Assembly (NCBI GenBank): GCA_017468925.1
Contig: JAFUHI010000001.1
Location: forward strand, 11,655-75,654
DNA length: 64,000 bases
Reading direction: 5' to 3'
Origin: Bacilli bacterium
GTDB taxonomy: Bacteria > Bacillota_I > Bacilli_A > RFN20 > CAG-826
The notes under the pieces: generated by a model
Database searches by the model: none
What the model saw: only the letters and a program-made list of their open reading frames with translations
Told to the model about the DNA's origin: nothing
Shown: piece by piece, positions 44,485-57,272 of the stretch
How the letters are laid out: the number at the start of each line of letters is the position of its first letter
Position numbering within the stretch: position 1 is the first letter of the stretch
Translations under genes and position numbers: made by a program

Positions 44485-45663
44485 ATGAAGAATATCGTTT
44501 ATTTCCAAGGCGGTGGCCCGACAACTGTCATTAATTCCTCGCTTTATGGGGTTATAAAGGCATTCAAGGAAAATAAAATTGAATGCAAATTATATGGCTC
44601 TTTGTATGGGGTGGAAGGCCTAATAAACGATGAACTCGTCGATCTGAGCGAATTGAAGGAAGAAGAAATTGAATTGCTTCTTCAAACCCCAGGAGCGTTT
44701 TTAGGATCCAGCCGCCACAAACTAGAAGAAGGCTGCATTGAATTTGAAAAGATCGCTAAAACAGTAAAGAAATATAATATCGGCTATATTCTCCCCAATG
44801 GCGGGAACGATACGATGGATACGTGTGATAAACTTTTCCATTATTTTGAAAAAAATGGCAGCGATGTGAAAGTTGTCGGCATTCCAAAGACAATTGATAA
44901 TGATTTGCCAGAAAATTATTTCTCTTTAGGGTTTCCTAGCGCTGCAAGATTCGTGGCAAACGCAGTCAAATCACTAATAATAGACGCTTCTTCTTATAGA
45001 AAAGGGAAAGTAACCGTCATCGAATCGATGGGAAGAGATACGGGTTGGCTAGCCGCTTCGTCGATGGTGAATGAAAAAGATTATAGGCCTGATTTGCTCA
45101 TAGTACCTGAGATGAAATTGGACATCTCACATTTCATAGAAAAATTAAAAGAGGTCTATGAGAAAAAGAAGTATGCGATAGTGATGATAGGGGAGGGGAT
45201 CGATCTCCCGCACATCAATTCAATCGAGGATGATAATTTCGGGCATAAATCAATGGAAGGTTCCGGCCTCTCTTTGTGTCGTATCATCGAGAAGGAATTG
45301 AAGCTTAGCACAAGGTTCATCCCTCTATCTTTATTGATGAGATCATTCTCCCCAATGATGAGTGAGGTAGATAGAAAATATGCCGTTTCTGCAGGGAAAT
45401 TAGCGTTAAATTCCGCTTTAAAAGGCGAAAATGGCATGATGGTTTCTGTCAAAGAAAAAGATAAGCAGATATATCTAAGCCTTTCTAAAGCCTCGCTTAT
45501 CGCCAATAACGTAAGAAAAATAGATCCTATTCTTTTGAAAGACTACGATGAAATCGACCCGTCGCTAGTCGAGTATTTCGCCAACATCATCGATGAAGCC
45601 AAGGGAATCGAATATGAAAATGGCATCATCAAGAATTCAAAATTAAACAAACACAAGTCTTAA
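44485..45663 (+). CDS. pfp: PFK-A family 6-phosphofructokinase with PPi-type specificity residues
   Basis: GGGPTTVINSS, NGGNDTMDT and GIPKTIDNDL motifs. Asp occupies the E. coli G104-equivalent position and Lys the G124-equivalent position. Confidence 0.8.
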   Translation: MKNIVYFQGGGPTTVINSSLYGVIKAFKENKIECKLYGSLYGVEGLINDELVDLSELKEEEIELLLQTPGAFLGSSRHKLEEGCIEFEKIAKTVKKYNIGYILPNGGNDTMDTCDKLFHYFEKNGSDVKVVGIPKTIDNDLPENYFSLGFPSAARFVANAVKSLIIDASSYRKGKVTVIESMGRDTGWLAASSMVNEKDYRPDLLIVPEMKLDISHFIEKLKEVYEKKKYAIVMIGEGIDLPHINSIEDDNFGHKSMEGSGLSLCRIIEKELKLSTRFIPLSLLMRSFSPMMSEVDRKYAVSAGKLALNSALKGENGMMVSVKEKDKQIYLSLSKASLIANNVRKIDPILLKDYDEIDPSLVEYFANIIDEAKGIEYENGIIKNSKLNKHKS

Positions 45664-45681
45664 TTTTATTGACTTTAACTA

Positions 45682-45690
45682 TGTTAAAAT
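45682..45690 (+). promoter_or_regulatory. Candidate extended -10 promoter of the atp operon (TGTTAAAAT)
   Basis: A TGnTAAAAT match lies 28 nt upstream of ATG 45718. There is no good -35. Confidence 0.3.
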
Positions 45691-45717
45691 TTAACATTAC
45701 ATTATTGAGATTTTATT

Positions 45718-46188
45718 ATGGGAAAAAGCATTAAGAAACTAGACAAATCAATGATTCAGCTCTTGATTCTTGTTATCGTTGCTTTGGTTGTGGCTCTAGG
45801 ACTTATTCCATTTATCTTTTTCTCACATTTAGATGTTGTCTTGGGCTGGCTCCTAGGTTCTCTTATCGAAATCATTTGCTTTGTTACGATTTTGAAATCT
45901 TCCTCATCTATGGCTAAGGTTGCAAAAGGTGGGAATGCAGCGGTAGCGGGCTTATCGATATTATGGTATTTCCTCCGCATTTTGCTATACGCCGCAGGGT
46001 TAGTGATAGGGGCCTTATGCACTTTCAAATCCGCTGAATGGTTTGGTGGCTTTGATTATTTCAATTTCTGGGCGGTATTCGCTTCATATATGCCTCTTCC
46101 AATCGTTTTATTGATCACCGGGCTTATATTCAACAAGAAAAAGACGGAGAAACTGAGGGCCGATGACCTATCGGATAATAACGAATGA
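45718..46188 (+). CDS. atpI: AtpI-like small membrane protein preceding atpB
   Basis: 156 aa with 4 hydrophobic helices. It overlaps the atpB start by 4 nt and its position is typical of atpI. Confidence 0.5.
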   Translation: MGKSIKKLDKSMIQLLILVIVALVVALGLIPFIFFSHLDVVLGWLLGSLIEIICFVTILKSSSSMAKVAKGGNAAVAGLSILWYFLRILLYAAGLVIGALCTFKSAEWFGGFDYFNFWAVFASYMPLPIVLLITGLIFNKKKTEKLRADDLSDNNE

Positions 46189-47036
46189 ACAGTGTGCTCG
46201 AGGCCATGACATATAAAGACAAGATTGCCCATATGCTTGATTGGAATATGGATCCTCAGCTATATTCCTCCCTTATCTGCATGCTTATCGTTTTGATTTT
46301 GGCGATAATCGTTGGGATCAAAGCTAGAAGAGCCTCGCATTTAGAAAAACCAAAAGGGTTGCTCCTATTGGCCGAATGGTTTTATGAATTCTGCCATCGC
46401 TTCACGGTTGGGAACATGGGCGAGACATTTGAAGCGTTCACCGGATATTTCATGGTTTTAATGGTCTATCTATTCCTCGGATTTAACTGGGGATTGACCG
46501 GACTTCCTTCCTTTATCGATTGGCTCGCCGCTCCTTTATCGCTTGCAATAATAATGTTCGTTTTCATTCATATAACTGCGATAAGATACCAAAAATTAAG
46601 ATATTTTAGACGCTACACCGATCCTTTCCCTTTATTTCTTCCAATGAATTTGATATCTATGTGGTCGCCAATTATTTCAACAACGATGCGTATGTTTGGA
46701 AATTGTCTTTCAGGCACGATAGTCATCGGACTAATTCAATGGTCGCTTGCCAAAGCTTCCTCATCAATATTCGCATTTATGCCATATTACGGAAGTGGGC
46801 CTTTAGGCACACTCATCTTCCATCCAGAAGCCGCTCAATCAGTTTTCCCAGGCTCGGCTGGAATTTGGATCGCTGGAATACCTTCCGGCATACTTAATCT
46901 ATACTTCAGCTTGTTCTCAGGCTTCATACAAACCACGGTTTTCTGCTATCTGAATGCACTATGGATTGCAGCGGAAAAACCTGCGGAATTGGATGTTCCT
47001 GGGCAAGAGGGAGTTATTGTAAAAGAAAACATTTAA
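46185..47036 (+). CDS. atpB: F0F1 ATP synthase subunit a
   Basis: Multi-TM protein with TMRMFGNCLSGT, which contains the conserved stator Arg. Confidence 0.9.
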   Translation: MNSVLEAMTYKDKIAHMLDWNMDPQLYSSLICMLIVLILAIIVGIKARRASHLEKPKGLLLLAEWFYEFCHRFTVGNMGETFEAFTGYFMVLMVYLFLGFNWGLTGLPSFIDWLAAPLSLAIIMFVFIHITAIRYQKLRYFRRYTDPFPLFLPMNLISMWSPIISTTMRMFGNCLSGTIVIGLIQWSLAKASSSIFAFMPYYGSGPLGTLIFHPEAAQSVFPGSAGIWIAGIPSGILNLYFSLFSGFIQTTVFCYLNALWIAAEKPAELDVPGQEGVIVKENI

Positions 47037-47052
47037 CATAGGAGGAATTATT

Positions 47053-47310
47053 ATGTTCACAGTTTTCACGGAATTGGGCTTGGTCGCCATCGGCGCAGGC
47101 ATTGCTGTGGGTTTTGGATGCTTATCATCCATCGGCGAAGCTTTGATTTGCTGCCACGCGATTGATGGCATGGTCCGTCAACCAGAGATGCAGAGCAAAT
47201 TGCAAAGCACCATGATTATTGCGGTCGCTTTGGACGAATCGACTGCTATTTACGCCTTGATCACCGCGATTCTATTGATCTTCATCATGGGATCTGGCCC
47301 AGCCGCTTAA
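47053..47310 (+). CDS. atpE: F0F1 ATP synthase subunit c with Na+-type binding signature
   Basis: 85-aa helical hairpin with an RQPE loop. Glu lies 13 residues before the loop Arg, and DESTAIY starts 19 residues after it. Confidence 0.92.
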   Translation: MFTVFTELGLVAIGAGIAVGFGCLSSIGEALICCHAIDGMVRQPEMQSKLQSTMIIAVALDESTAIYALITAILLIFIMGSGPAA

Positions 47311-47323
47311 TAGGAGAATATCG

Positions 47324-47896
47324 ATGTTTTCTCCTTGGCTGATCTTTAGTGGGGTAGCGGGCGAAGCCTCGCCTTTCTCACCTGAAGATTTCTTGAATAA
47401 ACTCTTCCCTAACGTCTGGAGTTTTCTCATTAATTTCATCGCATTAATCGTCCTTTTCGTTGTTGTCTATTTCGTGGCCTATAAGCCTTTAAAGAAATTG
47501 GTCAACAAACGCAAAGATTATGTCGAGAGGAATTTAAGGGACTCAGAGCAAGCCAAGAGTATTTCGGAACGCAAAGCCAAGGAAGCCGACAAACTCATTG
47601 AAGATGCGTCTATCAAAGCGGATGAGATAATCGAAAAAGCCAAAGCCGACGCGAATAAAAAAGCTGAGGAAATTGAGCAAGAGGCAATTGCTTTGGCCGC
47701 CAAACGCCAGCAAGATGCCGATATCGCCATCAAGCAAGCGGAAGAAAAATCAAGGCAAGAGATGCATGATGAGATTGTCAATTTGGCGTTAGATGCCTCC
47801 AAGCAGGTGTTGAAGCGTGAAGTTAACGAAAAAGACAACAAGGAGCTTGTCAATGATTTCGTCGAAGGGATGAATAAGGAGAAAGATGAGCAATAA
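47324..47896 (+). CDS. atpF: F0F1 ATP synthase subunit b
   Basis: One N-terminal TM helix, then a long charged coiled coil. Operon position supports the call. Confidence 0.88.
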   Translation: MFSPWLIFSGVAGEASPFSPEDFLNKLFPNVWSFLINFIALIVLFVVVYFVAYKPLKKLVNKRKDYVERNLRDSEQAKSISERKAKEADKLIEDASIKADEIIEKAKADANKKAEEIEQEAIALAAKRQQDADIAIKQAEEKSRQEMHDEIVNLALDASKQVLKREVNEKDNKELVNDFVEGMNKEKDEQ

Positions 47897-48431
47897 GCAA
47901 GAGATATATAACGCATATTCTTCGGCATTATTTTCACTTGCCAAAGAAGAAAACGCCGTGGAGAAATATAGCAGCTGTCTCCATGATATTTCTTCCTTGC
48001 TTAAAACTAATGATGATTTCTATAAAGCAATGAATTCATTCTCTTTGCCTTATGAAAGCAAATGCCTATTGCTAGATAAAATCATCAAAAATGCTCCAAA
48101 AAGCCTATTGCCATTCCTTAAAATCCTAGCCAGAGATCATCTCTATTCGAAATTCGATAAAATCGCTAGGGAATATTATCGACTCGCCAATGAGGAACTT
48201 GGAATCAAAGAAGGACTTGCCTTCAGTGCATTCCCCTTAAGCGAGAAGGAGATAAAGGAATTAGAGAAAACCTTGGAAAAGAAGGTCGGCTGCAAAATAT
48301 ATTTAGACAACAAAGTTGAACCATCACTCATAGGAGGGGTCAAAGTCGCAATCGATGGCAAAGTGTATGATGGCACGATTGCAAACAAAATCGAGACTCT
48401 TCGCAAAACATTATTAGGAGGTGCCAAATGA
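47886..48431 (+). CDS. atpH: F0F1 ATP synthase subunit delta (OSCP)
   Basis: 181 aa. [13 protein letters not shown]... is an OSCP-type N-terminus. Operon position supports the call. Confidence 0.88.
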   Translation: MSNKQEIYNAYSSALFSLAKEENAVEKYSSCLHDISSLLKTNDDFYKAMNSFSLPYESKCLLLDKIIKNAPKSLLPFLKILARDHLYSKFDKIAREYYRLANEELGIKEGLAFSAFPLSEKEIKELEKTLEKKVGCKIYLDNKVEPSLIGGVKVAIDGKVYDGTIANKIETLRKTLLGGAK

Positions 48432-49948
48432 ATATAAACCCAGGCGAGATATCCGCACTCATAAAAGAGCAAATCAAAAATTTCTCAGGAGAGATAGAAA
48501 GCAATGACGTCGGCACTGTAATCTCGGTAGGAGATGGAGTGGCAACGGTTTATGGATTAGAAAACGCCATGTTATCCGAATTGCTCATTTTCCCAAATGA
48601 TGTTTATGGCATGGTCATGAACCTCAACCGCGACGATGTCGGTGTTGTTCTTCTTGGTAGAGACACTCTTATTAAAGAAGGCGACACGGTCAAAAGAACC
48701 CATAAGGTCGTAGAGGTTCCAGTAGGTGATGGATTGATTGGTAGAGTTGTCACTTCTTTGGGCCAACCATTAGATGGTTTAGGCCCAATATCCTATGCAA
48801 AAACCCGCCCAATTGAAAGAATCGCCCCTGGCGTTATGACTAGAAAATCAGTCGATACGCCTTTGGAAACCGGAATCAAATCAATCGATTCAATGATTCC
48901 TATCGGCCGTGGTCAGCGTGAGCTTATCATCGGTGATAGACAGACTGGCAAAACCTCCATTGCCATCGACACCATAATCAACCAAAAAGGCAAGGGCGTT
49001 AAATGCGTCTACGTTGCAATCGGTCAAAAGAATTCCTCCGTTGCCTCGATTGTCGGTAGACTTAAAGAAAAAGGGTGCATGGATTACGTCACCGTCGTGA
49101 ACGCTAACGCATCTGAATCCGCCCCACTTTTATATATCGCTCCTTTCTCTGGCATGGCAATCGCCGAAGAATGGATGGAAAAAGGCGAAGATGTGCTTAT
49201 TGTCTTTGATGATTTAAGCAAACATGCCGTAAGCTATAGGGCCCTTTCTCTTCTTCTGAAGAGATCGCCAGGCAGAGAAGCATATCCAGGAGATATTTTC
49301 TATTTGCATTCTAGATTGCTAGAAAGAGCCTGCAAATTATCGCCAAAATACGGTGGCGGTTCTATCACCGCCTTGCCGATTATCGAAACTCAGGCTGGCG
49401 ACATATCCGCCTATATTCCTACTAACGTTATTTCCATTACCGATGGACAGATTTTCCTTGTCACTGATCTATTCACCGAAGGACAAAGGCCGGCAGTCGA
49501 TAGCGGTTTCTCAGTCTCCCGTGTAGGCTCCTCCGCCCAAATCAAAGCTATGAAGCAAGTCGCTTCCAGCTTGAAGATAGAATTGGCCAATTATCGCGAA
49601 AATCTTTCCTTTGCTCAATTCGGTAGTGACCTTGATTCTGAAACAAAGAAGATTCTAACTCACGGAGCGATAGTGACTGAAGCCTTAAAACAGCCAAACT
49701 TCTCCCCAATTCCAATGATTGAGGAAGTTGTGATTTTATTTGCTTTGAAATATGGCTATTTGGATGATTTGGAGATAGAAGAGGTCAACCCATTCCTCGA
49801 TGAGATGTGGGAATGGCTCAATACTTCCAAAAAAGACGCGATAGACAAATTAAGCGAAAACAAGAAATTCGATGATGGGTTAAGCGATGAATTAAAAGAA
49901 GGCATCGCTCAATTCAAGAAGGTATATCTAGCCAAAAGAGGTAAATAA
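48428..49948 (+). CDS. atpA: F0F1 ATP synthase subunit alpha
   Basis: [16 protein letters not shown]-loop and overall alpha-subunit pattern. Confidence 0.97.
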   Translation: MNINPGEISALIKEQIKNFSGEIESNDVGTVISVGDGVATVYGLENAMLSELLIFPNDVYGMVMNLNRDDVGVVLLGRDTLIKEGDTVKRTHKVVEVPVGDGLIGRVVTSLGQPLDGLGPISYAKTRPIERIAPGVMTRKSVDTPLETGIKSIDSMIPIGRGQRELIIGDRQTGKTSIAIDTIINQKGKGVKCVYVAIGQKNSSVASIVGRLKEKGCMDYVTVVNANASESAPLLYIAPFSGMAIAEEWMEKGEDVLIVFDDLSKHAVSYRALSLLLKRSPGREAYPGDIFYLHSRLLERACKLSPKYGGGSITALPIIETQAGDISAYIPTNVISITDGQIFLVTDLFTEGQRPAVDSGFSVSRVGSSAQIKAMKQVASSLKIELANYRENLSFAQFGSDLDSETKKILTHGAIVTEALKQPNFSPIPMIEEVVILFALKYGYLDDLEIEEVNPFLDEMWEWLNTSKKDAIDKLSENKKFDDGLSDELKEGIAQFKKVYLAKRGK

Positions 49949-49951
49949 AGG

Positions 49952-52591
<2,640 letters not shown>

Positions 52592-52597
<6 letters not shown>

Positions 52598-53410
52598 TAT
52601 CTGATAGATAGAGGCAATCAATTTGCTTGCCTCTTTTTCTTTGCCTTCAATGGTGATTGTCGCTTCTTTCTTTAATGCTTCTTTCGCTTCCTCTAACTCA
52701 AAATATGAGATGGCTTTGGCTTTATCTTCTTCACTAGCCTTATAGTAGTCAAAGCAAGCGAATTGTTTATCCGAACCTATTATCTTTTCACGTATGCTTT
52801 CGTAATAAAAAGAAGAATAAGAATTAGATGGGTTTAAGTAAGAAAGACCATCAAAATCAGCGCAAAACGCAGCGAAATTATCAAATTTAGAAAAATGGAC
52901 AATCGGAGAATATTCGAATTCCCTTTTTAATATATTCATTATTTTTTTCGCATCGCATTTGGAATTGACGTCGCTTATGAATTTGGCTTTGGTATCGTCT
53001 AGGATATAAAGGCTAGGGGTGGCGCCAGATATGCCTCCATCCTTTTCCTCTTTGCCATATTTTCTTTGTAAGGCGTTTATCTTCCCAACATATTCTGCGA
53101 AGTGTTCCTCAACACCATCGTAATGAATTGAATTAATTTCTATTTTTGTCTCTTTGATCGCTTCAACGAAAGCGTCTTCCATCTCAAGACAATGGCTACA
53201 GGAAGCCGATTCTATTAATAAGGCGATTTTTTCCCCGTTTTCGATGCGGCTATAAATCGTTTCCAAATCATTGACCACGGTTATATCTGAATATCTTACT
53301 GCTTTGGAGATGTCGCCATTTAAATCCACGAGTGATTTTTCACCCGTTGATGAACATCCTGCTAGAGATAGCAAGATCATTGCAAATGATAGAAATCCAT
53401 GGAGACGCAT
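52592..53410 (-). CDS. Lipoprotein with thioredoxin-like CxxC (CSHC) region
   Basis: Signal peptide with lipobox LAGC. IALLIESASCSHCLEME is thioredoxin-fold-like. Overlaps the atpC end by 6 nt (convergent). Confidence 0.55.
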
Positions 53411-53488
53411 ATTAATAATATAGTTGTTTTTTATGACTTTATTGTAAAAAAGTTTAATTTATGTAATAAATAATAGAAGGAGAAATTT

Positions 53489-54031
53489 ATGAACATTTGG
53501 CATTCTGTAAGCAAAAAACGCATTAAACCCGAGTCTTTTTATGCCTGTATTGAGATACCCGCCCGTTCGTCTGCGAAATATGAATTGGATAAAGAGAGCG
53601 GCGCGTTGATTTTAGATAGAGTCTTATACACCTCAACCCATTATCCGCATAACTACGGATTCATTCCTAGAACCTTGTCTCAAGACGGGGATCCATTGGA
53701 CGTCTTGGTTATCTGCTCGGAGTCTATAGTTCCTCTAGCCCTAGTCAAAGCCTATCCGATAGGCGTTTTGGAGATGGAAGATAATGGATTCAATGATGAG
53801 AAGATAATTGCCGTAGCCGCGCACGATCCTATATATAGAGGCTATCACGATATCAGTGAATTGCCTGCCCATGTTCACGAAGAAATCCGTCATTTCTTCA
53901 CAGTCTACAAAGAACTTGAGTTGGGGAAAGTAACATCCGTTCACGAAATAAAAGGTAGGGAAGCTGCTATAGAAGCAATCAAGAGTGACATCGCGGCTTA
54001 TGATGAAAAATTCCCCGACAATCAAAAATAG
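53489..54031 (+). CDS. ppa: Inorganic pyrophosphatase, family I
   Basis: EIPARSSAKYELDKE, YPHNYGFIP, DGDPLDVLV and DEKIIAV motifs. Confidence 0.92.
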   Translation: MNIWHSVSKKRIKPESFYACIEIPARSSAKYELDKESGALILDRVLYTSTHYPHNYGFIPRTLSQDGDPLDVLVICSESIVPLALVKAYPIGVLEMEDNGFNDEKIIAVAAHDPIYRGYHDISELPAHVHEEIRHFFTVYKELELGKVTSVHEIKGREAAIEAIKSDIAAYDEKFPDNQK

Positions 54032-55775
54032 GAAGCCTGTCGTTTATATATTTTTATCATTATTTATTTTTTCCTGCGCTTTAATAATTGCCGAATCATC
54101 GATGCCAGGCGGAGTTTCTTCCGCCCAATCGGGACCAATAACGAACTTCTTCGCAAGCATTGTCAATTTCTTTGAGCCAAAAGAAGAAGCGAAGATTATT
54201 GAACCAACTGGGATAGAACTTACTTATGATTCTTCATATTTGGGTGAAAAAGATGGCAAACCTCAATTGGCCTGTGGCACTACATCTTTGCTTACATACA
54301 CTTTCTCATTTCCTGAGAAAAGAGGGGTTGATATCTATGATTCGAAATTCATCGTTTCAAAAGAAAATGAAAGCGATGGATATTCTTTGACTGTCACGAC
54401 CAGCAAACAAAGCGAATCAGTATTAGGGCATATAAGAATCACCGCCGAAGAAATTGGAGATTATTCTTTGAATATAGAATGCGGTGGGGAAATCAAAAGC
54501 ACACTGGATTTCTCCATTGTCGATAGGCCCGCGCCAGAATCATATGTCGTCAATAACATCCCTACAAGCGTCAAATGTGGAGAAAGCTATCAGCTTGATG
54601 TGAGGCTTATCGACACAAGAGAACAAGGCAGAAACGACAAATATCTAAGAAGGGTTTTCGACCAAAATAAAATCGAAACACGCTCTAACTCATCTAACGT
54701 ATCTATCGATCCAAGCGGGATGATTGATTGTTATGAGGTTGGCAATTACGAAATCAAATATGGGAAATACACATTTCCGCTAGAAGTGACATCGAACGAC
54801 GGACTAGTTGAAGCGGATTCCTCGACCATTTTCAATATCAAAGCCAGCGAGAACACCATTCACCTAAGGGATTATGATTTTTCGGAAGAAGGGGATTATT
54901 CTTTCGAAGAAGCAGATCCAACAGAATTCTATGGAACAATCATTTCAGTTGATTTTGGTGGCAAAATCCCTACAAATCGCGATGTAATTTTCGAATCCGA
55001 AGACGAAATGATTGCTAGGATCGTCAAGGTGCAGAAAGATGAAAACGGAAATCCGATGGCATTTGTGCAAGGGTATAGGAAAAGCGGAGAAGTCAAAATC
55101 AACGTCATGCCTAGGGATAGAAATATCGCACCAAAAAGCATCACATTAAAATCTGAAGAAGCGATTCTAGAAGAACTCAATCTTAGTGTTAAAGATTTAA
55201 CGGAAGTTGAGGCTGGTCAAAGATTAGAGATTATGGTTAGCGATCCGTTCCCTTCAAACGCATCAAATCTAAGTTTATACGCAAGTGAATATGATGAAGA
55301 GATTGTTTCTATCACTGGTCAAAATACAAATGTGATTTCCGTGTCTTTCCTCAAAGAAGGGAAATTGGATTTGACCATAACAAGCGTTGCCAATCCGGAA
55401 TTGAAGAAAGATATATCATTCAATATCAAAGCGCGCGGGGCGATAAACGAGTCGAATATCGATGATGTGCATTCTTTCATCAGGAAATCGCTTGGTCACT
55501 TTACTCTGTTTTTGGTGACTTCGATATTTGGCTCTTTATTCTTCTATTTCTTCTTTGATAAAGAAAAATTACTGCTCTCGTTAGGGATATCAAGTGGAGT
55601 AGGGGCAATTGTGGCGATGGCAAGCGAATTGATCCAACACTTTATCCCGAGCCGTTTTGGTTCTTGGGGAGATGTAGGAATAGATGTCTTAGGCTATATT
55701 ATCGGAGGTTCGATAATGCTAGGAATATTCTTTTTGATTAAATTCATCAAGAACAAAAATAATCAATCTGAATAA
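54000..55775 (+). CDS. Membrane protein with Ig-like extracellular repeats and a C-terminal VanZ-like domain
   Basis: N-terminal TM helix, a long beta-rich region, and a C-terminal LGHFTLFLVTSIF...ELIQHFIPSRFGSWGDVGIDVLGYIIGG (VanZ pattern). Start is uncertain (53985, 54000 or 54003). Confidence 0.6.
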   Translation: MMKNSPTIKNRKPVVYIFLSLFIFSCALIIAESSMPGGVSSAQSGPITNFFASIVNFFEPKEEAKIIEPTGIELTYDSSYLGEKDGKPQLACGTTSLLTYTFSFPEKRGVDIYDSKFIVSKENESDGYSLTVTTSKQSESVLGHIRITAEEIGDYSLNIECGGEIKSTLDFSIVDRPAPESYVVNNIPTSVKCGESYQLDVRLIDTREQGRNDKYLRRVFDQNKIETRSNSSNVSIDPSGMIDCYEVGNYEIKYGKYTFPLEVTSNDGLVEADSSTIFNIKASENTIHLRDYDFSEEGDYSFEEADPTEFYGTIISVDFGGKIPTNRDVIFESEDEMIARIVKVQKDENGNPMAFVQGYRKSGEVKINVMPRDRNIAPKSITLKSEEAILEELNLSVKDLTEVEAGQRLEIMVSDPFPSNASNLSLYASEYDEEIVSITGQNTNVISVSFLKEGKLDLTITSVANPELKKDISFNIKARGAINESNIDDVHSFIRKSLGHFTLFLVTSIFGSLFFYFFFDKEKLLLSLGISSGVGAIVAMASELIQHFIPSRFGSWGDVGIDVLGYIIGGSIMLGIFFLIKFIKNKNNQSE

Positions 55776-57139
55776 CGCTGTTTTTTCTCAAATAATTGTC
55801 TTGTCTCGTCACTAATGTGATTGACTCTTTTTATTTTGTGATTCTTGAAAATGACTTGGCCAGGGTTTTTCCCTTTTCTAATGTCACGATGGAAGGCAAT
55901 CATCACTTCGCAGTCTTTCTTTTTCGAAAGGAGAAGCACTAATTCCGATGCTATTTCGATTTCTTTTTCACTTGGATTGTCTTTCTTGATTATGACGTGT
56001 GATCCAGATATTCCATTTATATGCAGGAAAAGATGATTTCTTGAGGTGTCTAAAGAGAAAGTTAAATAATCGTTCTGGGTAGAATTAAGTCCGAATAATA
56101 TTTTCGTCCCTCCGAAGTTTATGAAATATGGTTGACTAGCAAGTGGTTCGATTTGTTTGTTTTTTGTTTTTACGCCACCAGCCATTTTTTCTGCTTCTTC
56201 ATATGTGGCTTTCTCGAAGGCGTCTAGAAGTGAATTGATTGCTTCAAGGTCATTTTCGGCGTTTGCAATCTCCTCTTTCGCGTGAATGATTTTTGACTTT
56301 GCTTTTTTGCTTTTTAAAAAATATCGCTCGGCATTTTTCGCAGGGCTTAGATTCTCATCCAATTCGATGAGAGTGCCATCATAATATTCAATCTCTTTTT
56401 GACCTTCTTGTATTGAATCGATATTGGTTAAGATAAAGTTTCCAAATTCCTGATAATTCTGATTTATCTCTGCAGAATCTAGCTCTTTTTCTAGTAATGT
56501 TATCTTTTTTTGCAATGATGTTTTCTTGCTCTTCATCCTTTTGTGATAGGCAGAAAAATCATTCATCTTTTTTCTTTGGCCGAACTCTTTCTCTAGGGAT
56601 ATGAATTCCGCTAAATAGTTTTCCAAAGGTTTTTCTTCCTTTGTGGTAGTGAAAGAGATTTTATTCTTTGGAGGAACGTATTCTATGCCTTTATATATAG
56701 CTCTTTTCACGTCCAAGGTCGTCATATTCAACGCAGTTAAAATAACCCCATTTTCGTTCGTGATGATGACATTTGATTTATTCGGTATCAGTTCGAGAAT
56801 GATTGATTTCTTTTCTTCCTGGAAGGTTTGATTTATCGTTTCCACATCTAATTTGACAATGCGTTCATTTTCAAGAAGCGAAACATCTTTTATCTCCCCA
56901 GAACCTATTTCTTTTTTGAATTGGTTAAAGAAATTAGTTTCGACGTTCTTGTATTTCATTTCAGAATTCGAAATGTAGATTCTGGGATTTTCATCTAATA
57001 TGAAAGATAACTGGTCGAATTCGCCGCTTAAATGATAGAAGAATGAATTCTTGGAGAAGGAAAGAAGACGGCTTATGCGCTTGCCGATAAGAAAGGGTCT
57101 TAGCTGCTCTATATAATCCTTCAACTCAGAGTATTTCAT
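55763..57139 (-). CDS. rqcH: NFACT-family ribosome quality control protein (RqcH/FbpA-like)
   Basis: NFACT-N-like N-terminus, a central coiled coil, and a DUF814/NFACT-R motif FLHINGISGSHVIIK. The start is trimmed to ATG 57139. Confidence 0.72.
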   Translation of the reverse strand: MKYSELKDYIEQLRPFLIGKRISRLLSFSKNSFFYHLSGEFDQLSFILDENPRIYISNSEMKYKNVETNFFNQFKKEIGSGEIKDVSLLENERIVKLDVETINQTFQEEKKSIILELIPNKSNVIITNENGVILTALNMTTLDVKRAIYKGIEYVPPKNKISFTTTKEEKPLENYLAEFISLEKEFGQRKKMNDFSAYHKRMKSKKTSLQKKITLLEKELDSAEINQNYQEFGNFILTNIDSIQEGQKEIEYYDGTLIELDENLSPAKNAERYFLKSKKAKSKIIHAKEEIANAENDLEAINSLLDAFEKATYEEAEKMAGGVKTKNKQIEPLASQPYFINFGGTKILFGLNSTQNDYLTFSLDTSRNHLFLHINGISGSHVIIKKDNPSEKEIEIASELVLLLSKKKDCEVMIAFHRDIRKGKNPGQVIFKNHKIKRVNHISDETRQLFEKKQRYSD

Positions 57140-57184
57140 ATTAAAAATATAGCACAGTATATTTTGCATTATTTAAAAAGATTA

Positions 57185-57214
57185 TGAAAAATCGTGAAAA
57201 ATCATGAAAATTCT
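57185..57214. repeat. Three tandem 10-bp A-tract units (TGAAAAATCG / TGAAAAATCA / TGAAAATTCT)
   Basis: Read directly in the divergent rqcH-gmk intergenic region. The period equals one helical turn. Confidence 0.85.
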
Positions 57215-57237
57215 CTTGTAAAAGCGCTTGCATAATG

Positions 57238-57265
57238 TTGATTTTTTCTTCTAATTGTCTATACT
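57238..57265 (+). promoter_or_regulatory. Candidate gmk promoter (TTGATT-N16-TATACT)
   Basis: The -10 ends 7 nt before ATG 57273 and there is no Shine-Dalgarno sequence. This suggests a leaderless transcript. Confidence 0.35.
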
Positions 57266-57272
57266 TTTTTTA

